Positions 31,201 through 41,359 are shown, counted from the stretch's first letter. The stretch: DNA of 64,000 nt from an uncultured Lachnospiraceae bacterium (GCA_902766955.1 CACXFM010000083.1:5665-69664), one strand, 5' to 3'. A program made the numbers and translations. Notes: generated from the letters alone by a model not told the origin.

Positions 31201-32807
31201 ACGATTTCCTCCCGCTGCGCATCGATCGGAGGATTTGTCACCTGCGCAAAGAGCTGCTTGAAATAATAGAAGAGGGGCTGGTACTGCTCCGACAGTGCGG
31301 CGATCGGCGTATCCACGCCCATGGACCCGATCTGTTCCGTACCAGAAAGCGCCATGGTCAGAATCCCGTCGTGATAGTTTTCCCAGGAGTAACCGAACGC
31401 TTTCTGAAGCCGTTTTCTCTCCTCTGCATGAAGATGCGGAACTTTTCGGTTCGGGATTTTGATGTCAGAAAGATGCAGGAGGTTTGAGTCCAGCCATTCG
31501 CCGAACGGTTTCGCCTTCGCATATGTTTCCTTGATCTCTTCATCATGAACAATCTTCTGCTGCTTTGTATCAACCAGAAGAATCTTCCCCGGATGGAGGC
31601 GCTCCTTCCTGAGCACATGACTCTCGTCAAGCGGCAGGACACCCACCTCCGAAGAGAGGATCAGCCTCCCGTCGTCCATCACGTAATATCTGGAGGGGCG
31701 GAGACCGTTCCTGTCGAGAATGGCGCCCACGAGATCACCGTCGGAGAACACGATCGAGGCGGGCCCGTCCCAGGGCTCCATCATGGTGGCGTAATACTGA
31801 TAAAAATCCCGCTCCTCCTGCGACAGCGTTTCATTGTGAGCCCAGGGCTCCGGAATCAGGATCAGTGCGGCCAGCGGAAGCGGCATCCCGCTCATAACCA
31901 GAAACTCCAGCGTGTTGTCCAGCATGGCGGAATCGGAGCCGCTCTGGGAGATCACCGGCAGAACCCTCGTCATGTCTTCCTCTGAAAACACGTCCGTGTG
32001 CAGGGTCTCCTCCCGGGCCAGCATCTTGTCCGCGTTGCCCTTGATGGTATTGATCTCGCCGTTATGGACAATCATGCGGTTGGGGTGGGCCCGGTTCCAG
32101 CTGGGCAGCGTATTCGTGGAGAATCTGGAATGCACGACCGCAATCGCGGATTCATAGTCCTCATCCATCAGATCCGTAAAGAAGGTCCGAAGCTGTCCGA
32201 CCAGAAACATCCCCTTATAGACAATCGTGCGGCATGACAGAGAGGGCACGTACGTGCCCACGTTGCTCTGTTCAAACTCCCTCCTGACGATGTAGAGCCG
32301 CCTGTCAAAATCGAGATCCTCCCGCAGCTCTTCCGGTCTTTTGAGAAAGGCCTGGTAAATGTTGGGCATACATTCCCGCGCCTGCCGGCCCAGCACGGAC
32401 GGATCCGAGCTCACTTTTCTCCAGGCAAACACGGGGACATCCGCTTTGCCGGCGATGATTTCAAACATGGACTTCGCCTGTCTCATGGCCAGGTCATTCT
32501 GAGGGAAGAAGAACATCCCGACGCCGTACTGCCGTGCGCGGGGCAGTTCGACGCCCTGTCCTTTAAGTTTCTTCGCAAAGAAAGCGTGGGGGATCTGTGT
32601 CAGGATCCCGACACCGTCGCCGGTCTTTCCTTCCGCATCCTTGCCTGCCCTGTGGTCCAGGTTTTCTACGATGGAAAGAGCGTCACAGACAAGCTGATGG
32701 CTCTTTCTGCCTTTTATGTCGATGATGGCCCCGATTCCGCAGTTGTCATGCTCAAAAGACGGATGATAAAGCCCCTCTTCGCGGATCTTTTCGAACAGTT
32801 CTGACAT
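28245..32807 (-). CDS. gltB: Glutamate synthase large subunit
   Basis: EHDNCGIG, HSRFSTNT, EPWDGPA, FAQVTNPP, QGAKPGEGG, CVMMRVCQSDTC; RBS GGAGGTAAGGAG before ATG 32807. Confidence 0.97.
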   Translation of the reverse strand: MSELFEKIREEGLYHPSFEHDNCGIGAIIDIKGRKSHQLVCDALSIVENLDHRAGKDAEGKTGDGVGILTQIPHAFFAKKLKGQGVELPRARQYGVGMFFFPQNDLAMRQAKSMFEIIAGKADVPVFAWRKVSSDPSVLGRQARECMPNIYQAFLKRPEELREDLDFDRRLYIVRREFEQSNVGTYVPSLSCRTIVYKGMFLVGQLRTFFTDLMDEDYESAIAVVHSRFSTNTLPSWNRAHPNRMIVHNGEINTIKGNADKMLAREETLHTDVFSEEDMTRVLPVISQSGSDSAMLDNTLEFLVMSGMPLPLAALILIPEPWAHNETLSQEERDFYQYYATMMEPWDGPASIVFSDGDLVGAILDRNGLRPSRYYVMDDGRLILSSEVGVLPLDESHVLRKERLHPGKILLVDTKQQKIVHDEEIKETYAKAKPFGEWLDSNLLHLSDIKIPNRKVPHLHAEERKRLQKAFGYSWENYHDGILTMALSGTEQIGSMGVDTPIAALSEQYQPLFYYFKQLFAQVTNPPIDAQREEIVTSRTVYVGKNGNLLEEKPENCHVLKIENPILSDLDLLKIESLKKDGFKVAKVSTLFYKGTPMERVLKHLAVEVDRAYRQGTNILILSDRGVDENHVALPSLLAVAAVHKHLVDTRKCTAMSVILESGEPREVHHFATLLGYGASAVNPYLAHATIAELAEEELLDKDYYAAVEDYDRAVLFGIVKIASKMGISTIQSYQGSKIFEAIGISDDVIRNYFSGTVSRVGGITLEDIGRAYDEQHSRAFDPLGLPVNLELTAAGRHKSRSQGEKHRYNPRTIHMLQKATREGDYEKFKEYTRMVDEENTGYLRSLMEFRLPEEGVPLAEVEGEAFIVRRFKTGAMSYGSISEEAHQTLAIAMNHLHGKSNSGEGGESEERILSAGTENDRSSAIKQVASARFGVTSRYLVSAKEIQIKMAQGAKPGEGGHLPGRKVYPWIAKTRHSTPGVSLISPPPHHDIYSIEDLAQLIYDLKNANKNARISVKLVSEAGVGTVAAGVAKAGAGVILISGYDGGTGAAPLSSIHNAGLPWELGLSETHQTLVANGLRNRVVIETDGKLMSGRDVAIAAILGAEEFGFATAPLITMGCVMMRVCQSDTCPMGVATQNPELRKRFSGKPEYVENFMLFIARQLREIMASLGVRSVEELVGRTDLLKVRDDLSEKQKKMDLSGILLDMSGTDRMRAVFHQENAYDFRLGETKDEKLLLASEAVRQSLLTGKQSELSVTVGNTDRTFGTLLGAEITRKHPEGLPDDTITVHCAGAGGQSFGAFIPSGLTLSLSGDSNDYFGKGLSGGKLIVRAPEEANYDPGNNIIVGNVALYGATSGEAYIAGMAGERFCVRNSGATACVEGVGEHGCEYMTGGRVVVLGTTGKNFAAGMSGGIAYVLDEDNRLYRNLNKQLVRMENVETRADRDELKSIIENHVKYTGSRKGRELLARFGEMVPHFKKIIPTDYKEILRLTALGEEKGAGRETAMIEAFRKFIGENRD

Positions 32808-32819
32808 CTCCTTACCTCC

Positions 32820-32884
32820 AAAAAAAGGCGCTTCGGGCCTGTAAAAACCCGAAGCGCCTTTGCTTCCGTACAATGCATTATTGT
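32820..32884 (-). promoter_or_regulatory. ANTAR-type dual hairpin overlapping an intrinsic terminator (gltB leader)
   Basis: Minus strand ACAAT-AATGC-ATTGT acg GAAGC-AAAGGC-GCTTC; terminator AAAGGCGCTTCGGG...CCCGAAGCGCC followed by a T-run. Confidence 0.85.
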
Positions 32885-32917
32885 CCGACACATTCCATAT
32901 CCAACTAATAATGTTGT

Positions 32918-32946
32918 ATTATACGGCAGCATATTTCAAAAATCAA
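32918..32946 (-). promoter_or_regulatory. Sigma-70/SigA promoter of gltB
   Basis: TTGATT-17 bp-TATAAT. Confidence 0.75.
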
Positions 32947-32962
32947 GATATAATTTTGTCTC

Positions 32963-35536
32963 TCAGACTGTCACGGCCAGCTCCCCTTTCTTCAGGTCGT
33001 AGAACACTCTGCAGTCCCCTCCGCTCACATCGCAGATCCGCACGACAGAACGCATCTCCTCCGCTTCCGGAAACATGGTCCCCAGCAAGTCAGGCATACG
33101 CATCAGTTTTTCCGGATGATAGCCTTTCGTGCGGCTGTCTTCAAAGACGGCCGTATAAAGGATGTCCGCCTCCACCAGATCCTGGAAAATATGGCTTCCG
33201 TAGGACAACTCCGGATTGTATCCCGCCGAGGATTCCGCTACTTCACAGATCACTTCGAAGCCGCTGATATCCGCAAAGGTTGTCGGGACGCCAAGCTCGG
33301 GGGAGGAAGTTCCGATCCTGCCCGGCACGATCAGCATCATATGTTTGCCGGCATTTCTGAATTTCCAGTTAAGGGCCCCGATTATTTTCGCCGCCCTGTC
33401 TTTTTCATAGTAAGGCAGACTGTAATAGGAGACAGGATCAACATACACAATATAATCCAGACAGACCGATCTCGAAAGTCCCATCGAGGCCCCATAAGAT
33501 CTGAGAAGAATCTGTTCCTCTCCCATTGCTTCCGGTGCGTCTACAACCTGCGTATCCCGCAGAATCTGAAGCGGCCTGCACTGCAGCAGATTGATCATAT
33601 ATTCGTTATTTTCGGAGAGATTGACGGTAAATTCGATATCGACCGGCTGTCCGTATTCCTGCTGGATCAGATGCATCAGTTCCTGCATCTGCCGCATCAT
33701 GGTCCGGTTGCCCACGACCCCTTTGCAGGAAATAAACCGCACCGGCCGGTTCTGTCCCGTTTCGCGCAGCCGCTGTTCTGTATCGTAATCATGTTCCAGG
33801 AGAATATTCTGCAGGTATCGGGGCAGCTTTCCCTCAATCTGACTGAGAGACAGCTGCTCCAGACATCTTTTTTCCCGGTTGACCACTTCCAGCCTGCGCT
33901 GTGAAAACTGATGTTTTTCCGCTGTCGTGGAAACAATCGTCGCTTCGGGATGATCCAGGTTGCAGATCCGCGGGTAAGAGCCTTCCGTCCGGTCAACAGC
34001 CGATGTGCCAAGCCCCATGACCAGACGGAGCATTCCCGCCTCCGGGTCCAGGCAATCCAGAAGTCTGTAGGGACTGCAGGAATAACCGACGCCGGCCGCA
34101 CATGGCATATAATATTCATCGTAATATGATCCGGATACTCTCTGAACCAGCAGCGCCATCTGCTCATCCCGCCCGGCAAGGCTGCGCCGTTTCCGGTAAT
34201 CCAGTGCGGACAGATTCATGGAGCTTGCGTAAACCTTCCGGACCGCATTCTCAAATTCTTCCAGCCGCTCTTCCATTGTCCCGGTATTGGCGCAGAATAC
34301 GGATTCATACTTGCCGGCAAAGGCATTTCCAAAGCCGTCCTCCAGAATACTGCTTGATCTGACGATGATCGGATCCTGTCCGTAGTATTCCAGCAGCTGA
34401 CAGAACCGCTCCTCCATGCCTGCCGAAAACCGGCCTTTCAGAAGGCAGTCCGCAAATTCCTCCGAGAGAGAAAAATACTCTTCCTCCGAGCGCTGCCTGA
34501 TCCGGAGATCCCAATAACCGTTTTCCACGATATAGGAATAATAAACATCCGATCCTATAAAAAACGAATCATGCGGTTCCAGCACCTGATATAAATCGGG
34601 TCTTCTGTTTTCAATGATCTTTCTGGCCAGCAGCATACCGCAGGCCTTCCCGCCGATCATCCCCGTACCGATCATATGATCGCGCACATAGAAGTAATCA
34701 TCCGGTCCGAAATGCTTTTTGATCATATCCCGCATCTTTTCGTCGCGGCTCATCATGATGTTGCACATCCTGGCACAGGCCTCCGAAATGTCCGCGCCGC
34801 TCTCATACAGATGCCTGGCCAGATAAAAAAACCGGTCCCAGGCATCTGTATTCTGTTCGTCGCCAGGCCGCTGCTGCCGGTTCATCACCTGATAGAACCG
34901 GCTTGCGCGGACGCCGTCCAGAAGAGGACGGAAATGACCGCTTTCACGCTCATAGAGATGCGGCAGGAACATCGTCTCAGAGGACCGTCTCCACACTTTC
35001 TCCGGCCGCACATACACATTGGATCCGTCTGAATACACATCCAGAAACAGCTGGGTTGTATCCATGATTTTGGCGGTTGCCTGCTGTGAATGCTTTCCTC
35101 TGATCAGGGGGAAGAAGGCAACCGTATCCAGAAGAAACAGGAACGGACACGTCACGCGGAAGAAATTCCCCATCATCAGATCCGTCGCCCATGCCGTCTG
35201 CAGCTCCGAAAGGCAGTCAAACACATAGAACGCATCTCTCCCTTCCTTCTCGATCAGGTTATGAATCTCTACGGAAAAAGTCTCAAATCTGTGCGACAGT
35301 TCGATGTGAACCGTCCTGATTTCCGGACGGTCTTCCGCAAGCGGCGGATGTGACGCAAACCGGACATAGATAATCTTTCTTCCGTCTCTCACTGCCTGAT
35401 CGAGATAAGGGCCGACAAAGAGACGGAATTCCTCAAGGGAGGATACACGCCACACGACATTGTCCCCCAGGCGTATGTTGTCAAGCGCCCTGTCCATCTC
35501 AGGTATTCCGGATTTCACACGATCAAATGCTGCCAT
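32963..35536 (-). CDS. Uncharacterised PEP-synthase/PPDK N-terminal (ATP-grasp) domain protein with a degenerate KaiC/RecA-like N-terminus
   Basis: IGGKACG, IVRSSSILEDGFGNAFAGKYES, LVQRV, GLGTSAV, VDIEF, LLQCRP; N-terminal RVKSGIPEMDRAL; no pyruvate-binding barrel. Confidence 0.8.
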   Translation of the reverse strand: MAAFDRVKSGIPEMDRALDNIRLGDNVVWRVSSLEEFRLFVGPYLDQAVRDGRKIIYVRFASHPPLAEDRPEIRTVHIELSHRFETFSVEIHNLIEKEGRDAFYVFDCLSELQTAWATDLMMGNFFRVTCPFLFLLDTVAFFPLIRGKHSQQATAKIMDTTQLFLDVYSDGSNVYVRPEKVWRRSSETMFLPHLYERESGHFRPLLDGVRASRFYQVMNRQQRPGDEQNTDAWDRFFYLARHLYESGADISEACARMCNIMMSRDEKMRDMIKKHFGPDDYFYVRDHMIGTGMIGGKACGMLLARKIIENRRPDLYQVLEPHDSFFIGSDVYYSYIVENGYWDLRIRQRSEEEYFSLSEEFADCLLKGRFSAGMEERFCQLLEYYGQDPIIVRSSSILEDGFGNAFAGKYESVFCANTGTMEERLEEFENAVRKVYASSMNLSALDYRKRRSLAGRDEQMALLVQRVSGSYYDEYYMPCAAGVGYSCSPYRLLDCLDPEAGMLRLVMGLGTSAVDRTEGSYPRICNLDHPEATIVSTTAEKHQFSQRRLEVVNREKRCLEQLSLSQIEGKLPRYLQNILLEHDYDTEQRLRETGQNRPVRFISCKGVVGNRTMMRQMQELMHLIQQEYGQPVDIEFTVNLSENNEYMINLLQCRPLQILRDTQVVDAPEAMGEEQILLRSYGASMGLSRSVCLDYIVYVDPVSYYSLPYYEKDRAAKIIGALNWKFRNAGKHMMLIVPGRIGTSSPELGVPTTFADISGFEVICEVAESSAGYNPELSYGSHIFQDLVEADILYTAVFEDSRTKGYHPEKLMRMPDLLGTMFPEAEEMRSVVRICDVSGGDCRVFYDLKKGELAVTV

Positions 35537-35567
35537 GGCGGAATCCCCCTTTCACTGATCATCTCTC

Positions 35568-37340
35568 TCATTCCACGTCCTGCAATGCGGCGAAATCTTC
35601 CTCGCCGGTCCTGATCTTGACGACCTTGCTGACCGGATAGACGAAAATCTTTCCGTCTCCGATATGGCCCGTATACAGCGCTTTCTTCGCCGCCTCGATC
35701 ACCTTCTGGACCGGGATGGCGCTCACGACCACCTCCAGCTTCACTTTCGGCAGAAGCGTCGCGTCGATCTCGACGCCTCTGTAGCGCTCGCCGGCACCTT
35801 TCTCGATCCCGCAGCCCATGACCTGCGTCACGGTCATGCCGGTGACGCCCAGGTCGTTCATGGCCCTCTTCAGCGCGTCATATCTGGACAATTTCGCGAT
35901 AATGACCACTTTTGACATGCCCGTCTGCAGTTCCGGGACAATGCCCTCGTCCGCCCGGATGACCGGGACGGCCGCGTTCTTTCTGGCCTCCGTGGCATCT
36001 TCATAGCTGTCCGATCCGAGGTTTGTGTTCTCGTTGACGCTCATCATCATGGTGTTGGAAATATCCATGATCGAGAAGCCCGCATAGGCGGAAGGAAGCC
36101 CGTGCTCCGTCGTATCAAGGCCCGTGATCTCTTCCTCTTCGGATACTCTGAGTCCCACCGTTTTTCTGATGACGGTAAATGCAATAAAGATCGTGACCAC
36201 CGTCCATGCGGCCGTGATCAGCATACCTGCCAGCTGCAGGCCGAGCTGTGTCAGGCCGCCTCCGTAAAAGAGGCCCTCCCTGATTCCCGCCACGGCAAAG
36301 CCGGGCGCTGTTTCCGTCGCGAAGAGACCGACCGCAACCGTTCCCCAGATTCCGTTGAACATATGGACCGCCACGGCTCCGACCGGATCGTCCACATGTG
36401 TCACATTGTCGTTAAACCACACGCCGAAGACCACGAGGAGACCGGAAACCGCACCGATCACGGCCGCTCCCGCGCAGTCCGTCACGTCGCAGGGAGCCGT
36501 GATGGCAACCAGCCCCGCCAGGGACGCGTTCAGGCACATGGAGACGTCCGGTTTTCCGTATTTCACCCAGGTGAAGCACATACACACGACCGTCGCCACC
36601 GCGGGCGCCACCGTCGTGGTGAGAAAGACGGAGCCCATGGTCGGCACATCCGTGGCCGCAGCCCCGTTGAAGCCGTACCAGCCCAGCCAGAGAATGAAGA
36701 CACCCAGGGCGGCAATGACCAGGTTGTGGCCGGGAAACGCGTTGACCTTCGTGACCTTTCCGTTTTTGTCCCTCTCGAATTTTCCGATTCTCGGTCCCAG
36801 CATCCAGGCCCCGATGAAGGCACAGATCCCGCCGACCATATGGATGCAGTTGGAGCCCGCGTAATCGTGGAAGCCCCACTGCGTGAGGAAGCCGCCTCCC
36901 CAGGTCCAGTGTGCCTCGACCGGATAAATCACGGCGGAAATGACCGCCGAATAGATACAGTAACTGGAGAATTTGGTCCGCTCCGCCATGGACCCGGATA
37001 CGATCGTCGCCGTCGTCGCACAGAAGACCAGGTTAAATACAAAGGCCGAATAGTCGAAAGACCCGTAGGCGGTAAACACGTCGAAGCTGAATCCTCCGGC
37101 GAAGCCGTGCAGAATATTCTCTCCCAGCATCAGGGAAGCTCCGCAGATGAACCACATCACGGTGCCGATGCAGAAATCCATCAGGTTCTTCATGATGATG
37201 TTGCCCGCGTTCTTGGCCCTCGTAAAGCCCGCCTCGCACATGGCAAACCCTGCCTGCATCCAGAAGACAAAGGCCGCTCCGATCAGGAACCACACCGCAA
37301 AAATCTCACTGTCGACAGCTTTCATGATTTCAGTTGTCAT
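35568..37340 (-). CDS. amt: Ammonium transporter fused to a C-terminal PII (GlnK-like) domain
   Basis: MQAGFAMCEAG, SGSMAER, DYAGSNCIH, DDPVGAVAVH; C-terminus GVTGMTVTQVMGCG...LLPKVKLE...TGHIGDGKIF...IRTGE. Confidence 0.95.
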   Translation of the reverse strand: MTTEIMKAVDSEIFAVWFLIGAAFVFWMQAGFAMCEAGFTRAKNAGNIIMKNLMDFCIGTVMWFICGASLMLGENILHGFAGGFSFDVFTAYGSFDYSAFVFNLVFCATTATIVSGSMAERTKFSSYCIYSAVISAVIYPVEAHWTWGGGFLTQWGFHDYAGSNCIHMVGGICAFIGAWMLGPRIGKFERDKNGKVTKVNAFPGHNLVIAALGVFILWLGWYGFNGAAATDVPTMGSVFLTTTVAPAVATVVCMCFTWVKYGKPDVSMCLNASLAGLVAITAPCDVTDCAGAAVIGAVSGLLVVFGVWFNDNVTHVDDPVGAVAVHMFNGIWGTVAVGLFATETAPGFAVAGIREGLFYGGGLTQLGLQLAGMLITAAWTVVTIFIAFTVIRKTVGLRVSEEEEITGLDTTEHGLPSAYAGFSIMDISNTMMMSVNENTNLGSDSYEDATEARKNAAVPVIRADEGIVPELQTGMSKVVIIAKLSRYDALKRAMNDLGVTGMTVTQVMGCGIEKGAGERYRGVEIDATLLPKVKLEVVVSAIPVQKVIEAAKKALYTGHIGDGKIFVYPVSKVVKIRTGEEDFAALQDVE

Positions 37341-37366
37341 ATTCAATACACCCCCTTGGAAAATAT

Positions 37367-37468
37367 AAAAAGGTCATTCCGCCCAAGGCGCGGTCACGGG
37401 CTCTGGAAGCGGATCCGCTTCTCAAAAGACACCTCGCGACAGACCACACCCTTGTGGAATGACCCTTT
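37367..37468 (-). promoter_or_regulatory. Attenuator in the amt leader: long terminator stem whose 5' arm contains an ANTAR-type hairpin
   Basis: CCAC-AAGGGT-GTGG (37444-37457); AAAGGGTCATTCC pairs with GGAATGACCTTTTT. Confidence 0.6.
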
Positions 37469-37539
37469 CGGTTCGTTATTTCGTTTTTTCTTAATCCGGT
37501 GTTTCCCGTTCAGGCAAAGCACCGGACACCTCCGGATAA

Positions 37540-39639
37540 TCAATACACGGAGAACAGCAGCTTCCCGTAGCTCGGGAAGGGCCAGTATTTCTCGGAGGAG
37601 AGCATTTCCGCCTCGTCCACGTATTTGCGCAGATCCTCCATCTTAGGCAGCACATGGTCCCGGACGGCCTCGGAAGTCCCGATAATATCAGTACATTCTT
37701 TCAGCGCTTCCAGCGCCTCTTCCAGCGCCTCTGTCTTCTCGAGAATCACATCCGTCAGTTCGGACAGCCGCTCCATGGTCGTGATCTCGTAATTGCATTT
37801 CACATGTTCGCTCACGGACTTCATGAGGGAGGTCGTCTTCGCCAGGCTGTACAGGTTCTCTTCGATGGCCGGCAGATAATTCTTTCGCACCATGTCCACC
37901 ATGGTATGGCCTTCGATGTTGACCGACTTGCAGTAGTTCTCAAGCATGATTTCGCATCTGGAATGGAGCTCGCTCTCCGAAAAGATCTTGTGGGACATCA
38001 GTATCTCCATGTTTTTCGGATCCAGAAGGTGCGGCATGGCATCCGCCGTCGTCTTCAGGTTGGAGAGACCGCGCACTTCCGTCGCTTCCTTCACCCATTC
38101 TTCCCCGTAACCGTTGCCGTTGAAAAGAATTCTCTCATGCTGACTGATCGTCTCCCTGATCAGATCGTGAAGCTCATCCTCAAAATTCTTAGCCTTTTCC
38201 AGTCTGTCGGCATACTGCCTGAGGCTCTCGGCCACCGCTGCATTCAGCATGATGTTGCAGCAGGCAATACTGTTGGAGGATCCCAGTGACCGGAACTCGA
38301 ATTTGTTGCCGGTAAAGGCAAACGGCGAAGTCCGGTTCCTGTCCGTCGTATCTCTGGAGAAGCGGGGCAGGGAATGAACGCCGAGCTTCATGGTCACCTT
38401 TTCCGTGCCCTCATAGGGCTTATCGTTTTTAATGGCATCCAGTATACCGGTCAGCTCGTCGCCCAGGAAGACGGAGATGATCGCCGGCGGCGCCTCGTTT
38501 GCGCCCAGTCTGTGGTCGTTTCCGGCCGTCGCCACCGAGAGGCGGAGGAGATCCTGATAGTCGTCCACGGCCTGGATCACCGCACATAAGAACAGCAGGA
38601 ACTGTGCGTTCTCATGCGGCGTCTCGCCCGGGGAAAGCAGGTTTGCGCCTTCGTCCGTCGCCATGGACCAGTTGTTGTGCTTGCCGGACCCGTTCACGCC
38701 GGCGAAAGGCTTCTCATGGAGGAGGCAGGCCAGGCCGTGCTTACTGGCGACCTTCTGCATGATCTCCATGGTCAGCTGGTTGCTGTCCGTAGCCGCATTG
38801 GTCGTGGCGTAGATCGGCGCCAGCTCATGCTGGGCGGGCGCGACCTCGTTGTGCTCGGTCTTGGCCAGAATCCCCAGCTTCCAGAGCTCTTCGTTCAGCT
38901 CCTCCATAAATGCGATGACCCGCGGCTTGATGGCGCCGAAATAGTGGTCGTCCAGCTCCTGGCCTTTTGGCGGCATGGCGCCGAACAGCGTCCTGCCCGT
39001 GTAGACGAGGTCCGGTCTCTTCTCGAACATCTTCCGGTCAATCAGGAAATACTCCTGCTCGGGCCCGACGCTCGTCCGCACATATTTCACTTCCTTCCCG
39101 AAGAGTTTGAGCACCCTCTTTGCCTGCCGGTTCAGCGCCTCCATGGAGCGGAGCAGCGGCGTCTTCTTGTCCAGCGCGTCGCCCGCGTAGGAACAGAAGG
39201 CCGTCGGGATGCACAGCGTATGATCTTTGATAAAGGCATAGGAGGTCGGATCCCACGCCGTATAGCCCCTGGCCTCGAAAGTCGCCCGGAGGCCGCCCGA
39301 AGGGAATGAGGAGGCGTCGGGCTCGCCCTTGATCAGTTCCTTGCCGGAGAATTCCATGATGACCCCTCCGTCCGGCGAAGGCGTGATAAAGCTGTCGTGC
39401 TTCTCCGCCGTGACGCCGGTCAGCGGCTGGAACCAGTGGGTGAAATGGGTGGCCCCCCTCTCCACGGCCCAGTCGCGCATCTCCTCGGCGACCGCGTCGG
39501 CAATCGACTCCTCCAGGTCGGCATTTTCGTCAATTGTCTTCCTCAGTGAGCGGTAGACATCCGCCGAGAGCCTGGCACGCATCTCTCTGTCATCAAATAC
39601 CATGGATCCGAAAAGCTCCGGTACACTCTGTTTCTTCAT
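37540..39639 (-). CDS. glnA: Glutamine synthetase type III
   Basis: [67 protein letters not shown]; 699 aa. Confidence 0.96.
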   Translation of the reverse strand: MKKQSVPELFGSMVFDDREMRARLSADVYRSLRKTIDENADLEESIADAVAEEMRDWAVERGATHFTHWFQPLTGVTAEKHDSFITPSPDGGVIMEFSGKELIKGEPDASSFPSGGLRATFEARGYTAWDPTSYAFIKDHTLCIPTAFCSYAGDALDKKTPLLRSMEALNRQAKRVLKLFGKEVKYVRTSVGPEQEYFLIDRKMFEKRPDLVYTGRTLFGAMPPKGQELDDHYFGAIKPRVIAFMEELNEELWKLGILAKTEHNEVAPAQHELAPIYATTNAATDSNQLTMEIMQKVASKHGLACLLHEKPFAGVNGSGKHNNWSMATDEGANLLSPGETPHENAQFLLFLCAVIQAVDDYQDLLRLSVATAGNDHRLGANEAPPAIISVFLGDELTGILDAIKNDKPYEGTEKVTMKLGVHSLPRFSRDTTDRNRTSPFAFTGNKFEFRSLGSSNSIACCNIMLNAAVAESLRQYADRLEKAKNFEDELHDLIRETISQHERILFNGNGYGEEWVKEATEVRGLSNLKTTADAMPHLLDPKNMEILMSHKIFSESELHSRCEIMLENYCKSVNIEGHTMVDMVRKNYLPAIEENLYSLAKTTSLMKSVSEHVKCNYEITTMERLSELTDVILEKTEALEEALEALKECTDIIGTSEAVRDHVLPKMEDLRKYVDEAEMLSSEKYWPFPSYGKLLFSVY

Positions 39640-39706
39640 AATACGACTCCTCCTTTTCCCCTTCCGGATATTGTTTGCACCGTATGGTGAATGGTTCCAT
39701 ATCTGT

Positions 39707-41359
39707 TTACTCGCCGCTGGCCCCGTAATTGGAGAGCACCCGCGCCGACGGGTCCGTCACGTTGCAGCCTTCCCAGTTTCTGTTGGGCATCCAGAAATCC
39801 GTCACCATGTGAGACTGTCCCGGATAATACGTTTCGAAGATGTCCCGGTAGAGCAGGGATTCCTTCGTAAAAGGTCTCGCGTGATCATATTTTCTGATGC
39901 CCGCTTCATAGGCTTCGTCCGAATAGACGCTCTCCGCGTACTCCGTCAGGTCATCCTTCAGCGAATGCCCCACCGCATCCGAAAAAGCCGCCTTTTCTCT
40001 CCACAGAATCGATTCCGGTATCAGGCCGTCCTTTTCGAAGGCGTGGCGGAGCAGATATTTTCCTTTCCCGTACCGGTTCATCTTTTTTTCCGGATTCACG
40101 GACATACAGTAGTCCACAAAGTCCAGGTCCCCGAACGGCACCCTGGCCTCCAGAGAGTTGACGCTGATGCAGCGGTCTGCCCGGAGCACGTCATACATAT
40201 GAATCTCCCGGATCCTCTTCTCCGCTTCCTTCTGGAAGGCATCCGCATCCGGCGCGAAATCCGTATATTTATAGCCGAAAATCTCGTCCGAAACCTCGCC
40301 GGTCAGGATCACCCGGACACCGGAAGTCTCGTGAATCGCCTTACAGACGAGATACATGCCGACGGAGGCCCTGACGGTCGTGATGTCATAGGTTCCCAGC
40401 GCTTTGATCACGTCTTTCAGCGAATGCAGCACGTCCTCCTTCGTGATGATGACTTCGTGGTGGTTTGCATGAATGTAATCCGCCACGGTCCGCGCGTACT
40501 TGAGATCGATCGCGTCCGTGTCCATCCCGATGGCCCAGGTCTCGAGGGGCTTATCGGACAGAGACGCGGCAATCCCGCACACAAGCGAGGAATCAAGGCC
40601 GCCCGACAGGAGAAAGCCCACCGGGCTGTCGGAATCGAGCCTCTTTTTGACGCCCTCGATCAGGAGATCGCGGATCCTCCCGCAGATCTCATCCGTGTCG
40701 CCGTCCGTGTATCCGGACACCTCCGACAGATCGCGGTATTTCGTAAACACGCCGTCCTTAAAGTAATGTCCCGGCGGGAAGGGCCGGATCTGTCCCACCA
40801 GCTCCGTCAGGTTTTTCGGCTCGGACGCGAACACATATGTGCCGTCTTCCCTGATCCCGTAATACAGGGGCCTGATGCCGAGCGGGTCCCTGGCCGCCAC
40901 GTAGCAGTCATTCGTCTTGTCATACAGAATCATCGCAAATTCCGCGTCCAGCATCCGGAACATCTCCGTTCCGTACTCCTGATAGAGCGCCGGCAATATT
41001 TCACAGTCGGAATCGCTGATAAAGCGATACCCCTTTTCCGTCAGATCCCGCTTCAGTTCCCTGAAGCCGTATATCTCTCCATTGCACACGAGAAGGATTT
41101 CCGCCTCCGTCGGCGCAGGGAACTCTTCCGGTCTTCCCTGCGCTTCCGGAAACGGGAGAGTCGTTCTCTTCCCGAATGGAAATGGCTGCATTCCGCTGTC
41201 CGTGATTCCCATGATGGAGAGCCTGTTGAAACCGAGCCAGCCGTTTCCGGTATTGACGATCCGGCTTTTGTCAGGCCCCCGGGAATTAGTCTTCAGGAGG
41301 GCTTCCTTTATCTCTGCAAAATCTCCGTTTCTTCCGCAAAATCCAAGTACTCCGCACAT
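39707..41359 (-). CDS. asnB: Asparagine synthase (glutamine-hydrolysing)
   Basis: MCG N-terminus, [33 protein letters not shown]. Confidence 0.95.
   Translation of the reverse strand: MCGVLGFCGRNGDFAEIKEALLKTNSRGPDKSRIVNTGNGWLGFNRLSIMGITDSGMQPFPFGKRTTLPFPEAQGRPEEFPAPTEAEILLVCNGEIYGFRELKRDLTEKGYRFISDSDCEILPALYQEYGTEMFRMLDAEFAMILYDKTNDCYVAARDPLGIRPLYYGIREDGTYVFASEPKNLTELVGQIRPFPPGHYFKDGVFTKYRDLSEVSGYTDGDTDEICGRIRDLLIEGVKKRLDSDSPVGFLLSGGLDSSLVCGIAASLSDKPLETWAIGMDTDAIDLKYARTVADYIHANHHEVIITKEDVLHSLKDVIKALGTYDITTVRASVGMYLVCKAIHETSGVRVILTGEVSDEIFGYKYTDFAPDADAFQKEAEKRIREIHMYDVLRADRCISVNSLEARVPFGDLDFVDYCMSVNPEKKMNRYGKGKYLLRHAFEKDGLIPESILWREKAAFSDAVGHSLKDDLTEYAESVYSDEAYEAGIRKYDHARPFTKESLLYRDIFETYYPGQSHMVTDFWMPNRNWEGCNVTDPSARVLSNYGASGE

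Noticed and set aside
32963-35536. Genuine PEP synthase / pyruvate phosphate dikinase
   Set aside because: No C-terminal pyruvate/PEP-binding barrel and no canonical TSHAA motif
39640-39706. ANTAR element before glnA type III
   Set aside because: Only a CACC-ATAC-GGTG tetraloop; no A1/G4 hexaloop and no terminator
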